Positions 9,946 through 17,942 of a stretch of DNA of 41,515 nucleotides are shown one piece after another. The translations under genes and the position numbers were made by a program. The DNA is from Rhodanobacteraceae bacterium (GTDB lineage: Bacteria; Pseudomonadota; Gammaproteobacteria; Xanthomonadales; Rhodanobacteraceae): assembly GCA_035546695.1 (NCBI GenBank), contig DASZWL010000108.1:1-41515 (forward strand). Reading direction: 5' to 3'. The notes under the pieces were generated by a model. The model searched no databases, was not told the DNA's origin, and saw only the letters and a program-made list of their open reading frames with translations. Numbering within the stretch: position 1 is the stretch's first letter; every line of letters starts with the position of its first letter.

Positions 9946-10077
9946 ATGTGGTACTTCAGCTGGATCCTCGGCCTCGGCCTCGCCTGCGCTTTCGCGATCC
10001 TGAACGCGATGTGGTTCGAGCTTCATGCCGACGAAGCAGCGCGGCGCGCGGCGGACAGGCAGAATCCGGCGCGCTGA
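9946..10077 (+). CDS. cydX: Cytochrome bd oxidase small subunit CydX (43 aa, absent from the ORF track)
   Basis: Manual translation MWYFSWILGLGLACAFAILNAMWFELHADEAARRAADRQNPAR has the CydX signature MWYF-x-WILG and lies downstream of cydB. Confidence 0.92.
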   Translation: MWYFSWILGLGLACAFAILNAMWFELHADEAARRAADRQNPAR

Positions 10078-10156
10078 GCGTTTTTCTTCGCCGTCATGAT
10101 CGACGGCGTGACAGCGCGACCGGCTTCGGCTAGCGTTTCCGGCGCTCGCGCTCTGC

Positions 10157-11029
10157 ATGCGCAAGGAGGCCGACCGCATGTTTCGCCGATGGAACGCGCG
10201 CGCCGCAGCGATCGCGGCCGTCTTGTTGCTCGATGCATCGCTCGCGGCGGCAGCGGTATCGCCTTCACGAAATCCCGTCGCGCCGCATCGCGCGCATGCC
10301 GCGCATCGCGCTCCGGCGCATGACCCGCATGCCGACCGCTATCTCCACGTCGCCGGCTTCGGCGATGTCGCCCTTTACCGCCCGGCCGGACCGGCACGCG
10401 GACTCGCGCTGTTCGCCTCCGGAGACGGCGGCTGGACGCTCGGCGTGCTCGACATGGCGCACGAAGCCGCCTCGCTCGGCTACTGGGTCGCGGGATTCAG
10501 CACGCCGCAGTGGCTGAAATCGCTCGATGATGGCGACGGCCATTGCAGCGACGCGGACGGCGTGCTCGCGAAGCTCGGCGCAGAGCTCGTACGAGAGCTC
10601 GATCTTCCGCTCGACACGAAGCCGGTCGTGCTCGGCTATTCATCCGGCGCGACGGTCGTCTACGCGACGCTCGCCGCCGATGCGGGGCAGCGTCTCGGCG
10701 GCGGCGTCAGCCTCGGCTTCTGCCCCGATCTCATGATCCGAAAGCCGTTCTGCGCCGGCGTCGGCGGCCTCACGCAGCAGAAACAGCAGCAGGCGCCGTT
10801 CGGCTACGTGTTCGACAAGCGCGAGACGGTCAGGGCGCCGTGGCGCATCCTGCAGGGCGAGGCCGATCGCGTCTGCGATCCCGCGTTCGCGCCGGAATTC
10901 GCGCGCGGCCAGGCCGATACGAAAGCCGTCATGCTGCCGAAAGTCGGCCACGGCTTCGGTGCGCCGCGCAACTGGATGGCGCAGTATCGTGAAAGCCTGC
11001 GCGAAGTGCTCGAAGCGCAGTCCCGCTGA
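10157..11029 (+). CDS. AcvB/VirJ-like single-domain alpha/beta hydrolase, exported
   Basis: Signal-like N-terminus; LFASGDGGW and GYSSGA nucleophile-elbow motifs; C-terminal GHGF; upstream of mprF. Confidence 0.7.
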   Translation: MRKEADRMFRRWNARAAAIAAVLLLDASLAAAAVSPSRNPVAPHRAHAAHRAPAHDPHADRYLHVAGFGDVALYRPAGPARGLALFASGDGGWTLGVLDMAHEAASLGYWVAGFSTPQWLKSLDDGDGHCSDADGVLAKLGAELVRELDLPLDTKPVVLGYSSGATVVYATLAADAGQRLGGGVSLGFCPDLMIRKPFCAGVGGLTQQKQQQAPFGYVFDKRETVRAPWRILQGEADRVCDPAFAPEFARGQADTKAVMLPKVGHGFGAPRNWMAQYRESLREVLEAQSR

Positions 11030-11072
11030 GGGTGAGAGGGCCACTCTTGCAAGGGTCGCCGGAAGTTGAAAA

Positions 11073-11099
11073 TGGATTCCGGCTTTCGCCGGAATGACG
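11073..11099 (-). repeat. Single REP-like unit CGTCATTCCGGCGAAAGCCGGAATCCA
   Basis: Reverse complement of TGGATTCCGGCTTTCGCCGGAATGACG. Confidence 0.8.
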
Positions 11100-11179
11100 A
11101 TGACTATTGTCTCGCTTCGTTTCCCGCCCTGCCCCACCCACCCTTAGAATCGCCTCCCTACGGACGATCGCTTTCCCGC

Positions 11180-13807
11180 ATGAGCACGATCGAAACCCAG
11201 CCCGCATCGACGGGCCGCTCGCGCCTCGCGCGCCTGCGCGTCGCGCTGCCGATCGTGTTTCTCGTGCTCGTCGGCTGGCTCGTCGTGCGCGAGATCGGCA
11301 GCGATTTCGATCTGCCGACCGTGCAGCGCACGCTGATCGGCGTGCCGACCGCATGGGCGATCGGCGTCGCGCTGCTCGCGCTCACGTCGGTCGCGTTCAC
11401 CGGCCTCGTCGACGTCGCGATCGCGCGCTGGCTCGGCATCGCCGTACGCGCGCGCGAATTGCTGCGGCTCGCGTTCGTCGCGAACGCGATGGCGAACACG
11501 CTGAATCTTTCGGGCGCGACCGGCTCTGGCGTGCGTCTGCTCGGGCTGTCCGCGCAGAAGGTCGAGTTGAGCCGCGCGGCCGCATTGATCGGCATGCAGG
11601 TGCTTTCGCTGCCGCTCGGGCTTTCAATCCTGATCGCGGTCACGCTCGGAGTCGGCTCGCTGCCGATCACGCCGAGCACGACGACGCGCTGGCTCGCGAT
11701 CGGCGTCCTGATCGCGGCCGTGCTCTATCTGCCGGCGTTCTTCGTGTTGAGCTCGCGCCGTCCGCTGATGCGCTGGCTGCCGAAAGGCCACGAGTTGCCG
11801 CCGCTGACGCTGAAGATCGCGCTCGCCGCCTTGTCGTTCGTCGACTGGGTTCTGTCGGCGAGCGTGCTCTACGCGTGTCTCTATATCGCCGGCGCGCACG
11901 TGAAGCCGGGTCCGCTGCTCGGCAGCTTCGCCGGCGCGCAGGTGCTCGGGCTCGTCAGCCTCGTGCCGGGCGGGCTCGGCGTGTTCGACGGGCTCATGCT
12001 CGTCGCGCTGACATCGGGCGGCTACGATCAGGGTGCCGTCGCGGCGGGACTCTTCCTGTTCCGCATCGCGTATTACCTCCTGCCGCTGCTGGTCGCGCTT
12101 TACGTCGGCTCCGGCAGCGTCGCGCAGCAGATGCCGATCCTCGCGCACGCGTTCGGACGCCTGCGCGCGCATCCGCTGTTCGGCGTGCTCGGACTTCCGG
12201 CCGGCTTGCTCGCCGGTCTCGGCATCCGCGTGCTCGCGGCGCTGACGTTCCTCGCGGGGCTCGTGCTGCTCGCGTCGGCGGCGATTCCGGCCGTGCACGA
12301 GCGCGTCGTCGCCGCGCGCGCGGTGCTGCCGGCCGCGGCGATCGAAAGCTCGTACTGGCTCTCGATCCTGACCGGCACGCTGCTGCTCGGGCTCGGCCGC
12401 GGCATCGACGGGCGCCTGCGCGTCGCGTACCGGCTCGCGTCATGGACGCTCGTGATCGGCGCCGTGCTCGCGGTGACGAAAGGCCTTCATTTCGGCGAGG
12501 CGCTGTTCCTGCTCGCGATTGCGCTGCTGCTGCGCGCGCGCAAGCGCGAGTTCACGCAGCGCGCGATGAGTCTCACGTCGGCGACGACGTTCACGTGGTA
12601 TCTCGGCCTCGTCCTCGTCGTGCTCGCGTTCTTCGCGGCCGGCGTCTGGGCCGTGCTCGGCGACGACAGCTTCGATCTCTGGTACTTCGGCATCGGCGAG
12701 CATTCCTCGCGCATCGCGCGCGGGCTTTTCGCGGCGGCGCTCGGCGTCGTCGTCTATCTGATCTGGCAATCGTTCGCGGTGCGCAGACCCTCGTTGAAAC
12801 TGCCCGATCGCGGCGAGCTCGTAAGCGCGCGCGCTGTTTATCTCGAGCACGGCGGCGGCGAATTCGCGCATCTCACGTTCATGGGCGACAAGCATCTTTT
12901 CTGGTCGGCCGACCGGCATGCCGTCGTCGCGTACGGCGCGGTGCGCGACCGGCTCGTCGCGCTCGGCTCGCCGTCGGGGCCAGAGGCCGCGATCAAGCGC
13001 GCGATCCTCGATTTCCGTCATTTCGCCGATGCGCAGGATCGCGCGCCGGTGTTCTACGAAGTGCTCGAACCCGATCTCTCGCTGTATCACGATCTCGGCT
13101 TCGACCTCTTCAAGCTCGGCGAGCTCGCAACGATCCGCCTCGACGAATTCACGCTGGCCGGCAAACGCTGGGAAGATCTGCGTCAGGCGGTGAACCGTTC
13201 GACGAAGGAACGCCTCGTATTCGAGATCGTCGAACCGCCATTCGACACGGTGCTGATGAGCGACGTCGAGCGCGTGTCGGATCTCTGGCTCGCCGACAAG
13301 CGCGCGAGCGAAAAAGGCTTCTCGCTCGGTCGTTTCGATCCGGATTATTTCGCGTGGAGCCCGCTCGCGCTCGTGCGTCGCGACGGCGAGCTCGTCGCGT
13401 TCGCGAACGTGCTTCCGCCGTACGGGCCGAACGGCACGGCGAGCGTCGATCTCATGCGCCACATCGCCGACGCGCCGCGCGGGACGATGGATTTCCTGTT
13501 CGCGAACGTCATGCAGTGGGCCAAGGATCGCGGCTACGAGACGTTCAGCCTCGGCATGGCGCCGCTCTCGTCGGTCGGCGACAACCCGTACGCGCGCATC
13601 AACGAGCGACTCGCCGCGCTCGCGTTCCAGTACGGCGGACGGTTCTACAACTACCAGGGACTGCGCCGCTACAAGGAGAAGTTCGCGCCCGAATGGACCG
13701 GCTCGTATCTCGCCTACCCGCGCGGATTGTGGGTGCCGGGTTTGCTGATCGACATCGCGGCGCTGGTCGCCGGCGGATATCGACGGTTCCTGTTCGGGGG
13801 GCGTTGA
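11180..13807 (+). CDS. mprF: Bifunctional aminoacyl-phosphatidylglycerol flippase/synthase
   Basis: Many N-terminal TM helices with VPGGLGVFD; C-terminal MGDK, EKGFSLG, VDLMRH, FSLGMAPL and FYNYQGLRRYKEKFAPEW motifs; ATG 11180. Confidence 0.93.
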   Translation: MSTIETQPASTGRSRLARLRVALPIVFLVLVGWLVVREIGSDFDLPTVQRTLIGVPTAWAIGVALLALTSVAFTGLVDVAIARWLGIAVRARELLRLAFVANAMANTLNLSGATGSGVRLLGLSAQKVELSRAAALIGMQVLSLPLGLSILIAVTLGVGSLPITPSTTTRWLAIGVLIAAVLYLPAFFVLSSRRPLMRWLPKGHELPPLTLKIALAALSFVDWVLSASVLYACLYIAGAHVKPGPLLGSFAGAQVLGLVSLVPGGLGVFDGLMLVALTSGGYDQGAVAAGLFLFRIAYYLLPLLVALYVGSGSVAQQMPILAHAFGRLRAHPLFGVLGLPAGLLAGLGIRVLAALTFLAGLVLLASAAIPAVHERVVAARAVLPAAAIESSYWLSILTGTLLLGLGRGIDGRLRVAYRLASWTLVIGAVLAVTKGLHFGEALFLLAIALLLRARKREFTQRAMSLTSATTFTWYLGLVLVVLAFFAAGVWAVLGDDSFDLWYFGIGEHSSRIARGLFAAALGVVVYLIWQSFAVRRPSLKLPDRGELVSARAVYLEHGGGEFAHLTFMGDKHLFWSADRHAVVAYGAVRDRLVALGSPSGPEAAIKRAILDFRHFADAQDRAPVFYEVLEPDLSLYHDLGFDLFKLGELATIRLDEFTLAGKRWEDLRQAVNRSTKERLVFEIVEPPFDTVLMSDVERVSDLWLADKRASEKGFSLGRFDPDYFAWSPLALVRRDGELVAFANVLPPYGPNGTASVDLMRHIADAPRGTMDFLFANVMQWAKDRGYETFSLGMAPLSSVGDNPYARINERLAALAFQYGGRFYNYQGLRRYKEKFAPEWTGSYLAYPRGLWVPGLLIDIAALVAGGYRRFLFGGR

Positions 13808-14091
13808 CATATCTTCCCGAGGAACATCGGAGAGTGGATCGCGCGTTGTCTCGATCCGCTCCGACCGAGATCATCATGCGCTACGAGAAATGGAAGGATA
13901 TCGTTACGATCTCGGGTCCGACGGGACTGCGCGTCATCAAGGGTTTCCACGACGAGGCTCTTTCGGGCGAGTGGAAAGGACATCGCTCCTCGAGGCTGGG
14001 TCTCAAATGGCGCGTCATTTATCGCGTCGTGGCGAACGTCCTGCTGATTCAAGTCGTCGATATGACGCCTCATGATTACCGGAAGCCGTGA
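13804..14091 (+). CDS. Type II TA toxin, RelE/HigB superfamily (start uncertain; TTG overlaps the mprF stop)
   Basis: C-terminus of the 994-aa track ORF: RYEKWKDIV...GFHDEALSGEWKGHRSSRLGLKWRVIY...TPHDYR; toxin precedes the antitoxin. Confidence 0.75.
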   Translation: MTYLPEEHRRVDRALSRSAPTEIIMRYEKWKDIVTISGPTGLRVIKGFHDEALSGEWKGHRSSRLGLKWRVIYRVVANVLLIQVVDMTPHDYRKP

Positions 14092-14092
14092 G

Positions 14093-14353
14093 ATGAAAGA
14101 ATTCCGTCCGGCGCGAAAGCGCATCGAAGTCTCGGTCGGCGATTCCGTGCGGATCGTCCGCGAGTTGCAGGAGCTCAGCCAGAACGAGCTCGCCCACCTT
14201 ACAGGCATCTCGCAGGCGACGATTTCGGCGATCGAGAACAACCGGGTCAACCTCGGCATCGAGCGCGCCAAGACTCTTGCGCGGGCTCTCAGATGTCACC
14301 CCGCCGTGTTGGTGTTTCCCGGATGGGACGTCTCGCTCGAATCGGCGGCCTAA
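14093..14353 (+). CDS. XRE-HTH antitoxin (HigA-like)
   Basis: RELQELSQNELAHLTGISQATISAIENNRVNLG helix-turn-helix; ATG lies 1 nt after the toxin stop. Confidence 0.85.
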   Translation: MKEFRPARKRIEVSVGDSVRIVRELQELSQNELAHLTGISQATISAIENNRVNLGIERAKTLARALRCHPAVLVFPGWDVSLESAA

Positions 14354-14496
14354 GCCATTCCTGCTCGCGAGGGCTCGCCTTCTGCCAGCAGCACCAAAGC
14401 TCGTCATTCCCGACGAAATTTCAAACTGAAGCACTATCCAGCGCCGGCGCCGGAGTGCGCCATTCGACGGACTCGCTGCGACACGGAGACGGGACG

Positions 14497-15960
14497 TTAC
14501 TTGCCAACCGCGCCGCTCGCCGGCAGATTCTTCACGATCACATCGCCGAGCGCCGCGTAGTCGCCGTTGTAGTGATGCCCGCCCGGCAGCGTCACGACTT
14601 TCATCTGAGCCGGCTGCGGCTTCAGGCAGAAGCTGTCGCTCTCGTCGACGCCGTGCACGCAGACGAGCGGCACCTTGCTCGCGGCGATCTCGGGTCCGAT
14701 CGGCAGCGCTTCGTCGTGATGCGTCGATCCGAACCAGTCGCCGACGTGGATCTCGAACACGGCTTCGTCGTCGGGCGAAATCAGGATTCCGCCGTCGACG
14801 CGCGCCCGTGCCGCGTCCGGCAGCCGGTTCGCGACGACCGGCACGAGACTCGCGCCGAACGAGTAGCCGATCAGCACGAAGCGCGCGGCCGGTTGTGTCT
14901 TGCCGTAATGCGCGATGACGCGCGCGATCGCCTGCGCGGCCGCGTCCGGCGTCTGCTTGTGCCAGAAGAATTTCAATGTCGAGAAACCGATCACGCGCAC
15001 GCCGTCGGCGTTGAGCGCGGCGGCGACGCCGCGATCGAGCCCGGCCCAGCCGCCATCGCCGGTGATGACGATCGCGATGCGGTGCGCGTCGCCGCGCGTC
15101 GGCGGAAGATCGGTGATCGGAAGATCGGCGACGTCGTCCGGCAGCGCGACGCGCGCCGACATCTCGCGACGGCGCCAGTGCGCGAACGTCGCGGCGAGAT
15201 CGCGATTTGCTTCCTGTGACGCGCGCGGATGCACGAGCGCGTCGAACGCATCGACGCCGACGCGCGCGTCGGCGAGCAGTCCGCTCGCGCGAGCGCCCGA
15301 CGCGAACGGCTTCGGTATCCATGTCGCCGGCAGATGGTCGACCGGCACGACGCGAAACGCGCCGCCGTCCGCCGCCGTCATCGCGCCGGCATCGCCGGTG
15401 CAGAAGGCTTTCGGAAGACGGAACGCTTCGTCCCAGCCGAGCGTCACGAGTCCCGCGAACGTGCCGGCCGGCGCCTGCGCGACGAGCGCGTAGGCGAACG
15501 TCGCGCCGCTGCCGTCGCCGACGACGAGCGGATACGTGTACGTGGCGAAGCCTTCATGACGCTCGATCCAGTGTGCGACTTCCTCGACGTGACCCGCGGG
15601 GTACGAGCACTTGCCCGACAGGCCTTCGAGCTTCCTGAGATACGTCGGCAGGTCGATGCCGACGACGAACGCGCCTTCGCGCGCGAGCGCGCCGGCGAGA
15701 TCGTCCTGACGCAGGCTCCAGCCGTCGCGGTCGGAGAAGAACAGCACCGTCTGCGCGGCGTCGCCGGACGGTCGCGTCAGATGCAGCGCGCCGAACAGGC
15801 CGTAGTCGAGCGTCTCGGTGCGCGGCTGCGACGTCGGTCCCTGCGTGCCGCCTTCGCTCGCTGATGGCGCATCGATGCGAAGCGCAGCCCGCACGTGCGA
15901 CGGCGCGCACAAGCTCGCGACGATCCCCGCGATCGCGAACGCCACCAAGCGCGCACTCAT
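14497..15960 (-). CDS. acvB: AcvB/VirJ family lysyl-phosphatidylglycerol hydrolase (two-domain)
   Basis: Signal peptide from ATG 15960 (ATGA overlap with the pepP stop); C-domain has ITGDGGWAGLD, LIGYSFGA and LPGGHHYNGDY. Confidence 0.85.
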   Translation of the reverse strand: MSARLVAFAIAGIVASLCAPSHVRAALRIDAPSASEGGTQGPTSQPRTETLDYGLFGALHLTRPSGDAAQTVLFFSDRDGWSLRQDDLAGALAREGAFVVGIDLPTYLRKLEGLSGKCSYPAGHVEEVAHWIERHEGFATYTYPLVVGDGSGATFAYALVAQAPAGTFAGLVTLGWDEAFRLPKAFCTGDAGAMTAADGGAFRVVPVDHLPATWIPKPFASGARASGLLADARVGVDAFDALVHPRASQEANRDLAATFAHWRRREMSARVALPDDVADLPITDLPPTRGDAHRIAIVITGDGGWAGLDRGVAAALNADGVRVIGFSTLKFFWHKQTPDAAAQAIARVIAHYGKTQPAARFVLIGYSFGASLVPVVANRLPDAARARVDGGILISPDDEAVFEIHVGDWFGSTHHDEALPIGPEIAASKVPLVCVHGVDESDSFCLKPQPAQMKVVTLPGGHHYNGDYAALGDVIVKNLPASGAVGK

Positions 15961-17270
15961 CGCGACGCGGCCATCAGCGCCTCGATCGCGTCGGGATCGC
16001 GCGGCACGGAATCGGTCAATATCTCGGGATCGCCGCGCGTGACGACGATGTCGTCCTCGATGCGAATGCCGATGCCGCGCCAGCGCGCCGGCACTTTCTT
16101 CAGCTCCGGCGCGATATAGAGGCCCGGCTCGACCGTGACGACCATGCCGGGCTCGAGCATGCGGAACTCGCCATCGACGCGGTAATCGCCGACGTCGTGC
16201 ACGTCGAGGCCGAGCCAGTGCCCGGTCTTGTGCATGTAGAACCTGCGATAAGCGTGCTCGCGAAGGTTCTTTTCGAGACTGCCTTCGAGAAGTCCGATGC
16301 GGATCAAACCGCGCGTGATGACGCGCACGGCGGCCTCGTGATACGCGTCGAACGAGCGGCCGGGACGCACTTCGTCGATCGCCGCCGTCTGCGCCGCGAG
16401 CACGATGTCGTAGAGCGCGCGCTGCTCGGGCGAGAATTTGCCGTTGACCGGAAACGTGCGCGTGATGTCCGACGCGTAGCATTCGTACTCGGCGCCGGCG
16501 TCGATCAGAAGCAAGTCGCCGTCGCGAAGCTCCGCGTCGTTCGCGCGATAGTGCAGCACGCAGGCGTTCGCGCCGCCGCCGACGATCGGCTCGTAACTCG
16601 GCACCGCGCCGTGACGGCGGAACTCGTGCAGGAGCTCGGCTTCGATCTCGTGCTCGTTCATGCCGGGACGGGTCGCGCGCATCGCGCGTACATGCGCGGC
16701 AGCCGCGATGCGCGCGGACTTCCGCATGAGGCGGATCTCGCCGCGCGACTTGTAAAGCCTGAGATCGTGCAGCAGGTGCGACAGCGCGACGAACTCGTGC
16801 GGCGGCACCGCGCCCTTGCGCACGTCGGCGCGCACGCGATTGACCCAGCCGATCAGTTTGAGATCGAATTCGGGATCGCGTCCGAAGTGATAATAGACGC
16901 GCGCGCGGCCTTCGATCATGCCGGGCAGGATGTCATCGATGTCGTCGATCGGGAACGCATCGTCGAACGCGTAGTCGCGCACGGCGCCTTCGGTGCCGGC
17001 GCGCGTGCCGTCCCAGCGCTCGCGCTCGGCGTCGCGCTCGCGACAGAAGAGGATCGTCTCGCCCTGCTCGCGTCCCGGGATCAGCGCGAGCACCGCGTCG
17101 GGCTCGGGAAATCCCGAGAGGTAGTGGAAATCGCTGTCCTGCCGGTACGGATAGTGCGAGTCGTTGTTGCGCACGCGCTCGGGCGCCGCGGGCACGATGA
17201 CGATCGCGTCGCGTCCGGCCATGCGCATCAGTTGCCGGCGGCGGCGGACGAACTCGTTCGTTCCGATCAT
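15957..17270 (-). CDS. pepP: Xaa-Pro aminopeptidase P
   Basis: YPYRQDSDFHYLSGFPEP, LIDAGAEYECYASDITRTFP, HWLGLDVHD, TVEPGLY and GIRIEDD motifs; adjacent to ygfB. Confidence 0.95.
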   Translation of the reverse strand: MIGTNEFVRRRRQLMRMAGRDAIVIVPAAPERVRNNDSHYPYRQDSDFHYLSGFPEPDAVLALIPGREQGETILFCRERDAERERWDGTRAGTEGAVRDYAFDDAFPIDDIDDILPGMIEGRARVYYHFGRDPEFDLKLIGWVNRVRADVRKGAVPPHEFVALSHLLHDLRLYKSRGEIRLMRKSARIAAAAHVRAMRATRPGMNEHEIEAELLHEFRRHGAVPSYEPIVGGGANACVLHYRANDAELRDGDLLLIDAGAEYECYASDITRTFPVNGKFSPEQRALYDIVLAAQTAAIDEVRPGRSFDAYHEAAVRVITRGLIRIGLLEGSLEKNLREHAYRRFYMHKTGHWLGLDVHDVGDYRVDGEFRMLEPGMVVTVEPGLYIAPELKKVPARWRGIGIRIEDDIVVTRGDPEILTDSVPRDPDAIEALMAASR

Positions 17271-17280
17271 CGCTCTCTCG

Positions 17281-17832
17281 TCAATGCACGGAATGGCGCG
17301 CCGCCTGGCGCGGCCGCATCAGCTCGGTATGCAGCAGCAGCACGCCGACGCGGACGAACTCGAGCACTTCGCCGAGCGCGGTTTCGTCTTCCTCGTCGTC
17401 GTCGTAGTCGAAGCGCGACGCCGCGATGCGGCCGAAATCGGCCAGCACTTCATTCGCGTCGGCCGAGAGCAGGCCCGCCGGCGAACCGGAAAGACCGACG
17501 CCGCCGAGGAAGCCGCGGCACCATTCGACCAGCGCGTCGCCGCGCCGCGCGACCGGCGCATCGTCGGCCGGCAAGAGCGGCTCGAAGCCGAGATCGGGAT
17601 CGTCGAGCTGCGCGCGGCAATCGCGATACAGGCGTCCGAGCGCTTCGTGGCGCAGCGGGGCTTCGTCTCCGGGGTCGAGCTCGAGCGCGCGCGGCCATTC
17701 GCCTGCGCCGGCGCTGCCGCCGGCGCAGAGGTAGCCGGTCAGCGAACCGTGCAGATCGCTCGCGCCGACGCCGAGCCGCAGGCTCGCCAGCACGCGGGCG
17801 AGCTCCTCGTGAGTCAACGACGATCGCGTCAT
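17281..17832 (-). CDS. ygfB: UPF0149 (YgfB) family protein
   Basis: SDLHGSLTG, ALVEWCRGFLGGVG and EVLEFVRVG motifs; conserved ygfB-pepP order. Confidence 0.9.
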   Translation of the reverse strand: MTRSSLTHEELARVLASLRLGVGASDLHGSLTGYLCAGGSAGAGEWPRALELDPGDEAPLRHEALGRLYRDCRAQLDDPDLGFEPLLPADDAPVARRGDALVEWCRGFLGGVGLSGSPAGLLSADANEVLADFGRIAASRFDYDDDEEDETALGEVLEFVRVGVLLLHTELMRPRQAARHSVH

Positions 17833-17942
17833 GCGGGCGAGCGGAGGCGCATCGGGACCATTGTACCCATGCCGTCCAAGCGTGGCGCGCCTCGTGACGA
17901 TTGCCTAAACTCGGTTTCCCGGGGGACGCGGACCTCGCGCCG

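Noticed and set aside
11107-14091. 994-aa ORF as a giant toxin fusion
   Set aside because: The first 899 codons are an Arg-rich off-frame shadow of mprF; only the last 95 codons look like a real protein.
14497-16482. 661-aa version of AcvB
   Set aside because: The extension overlaps pepP in another frame; the signal peptide begins at ATG 15960.
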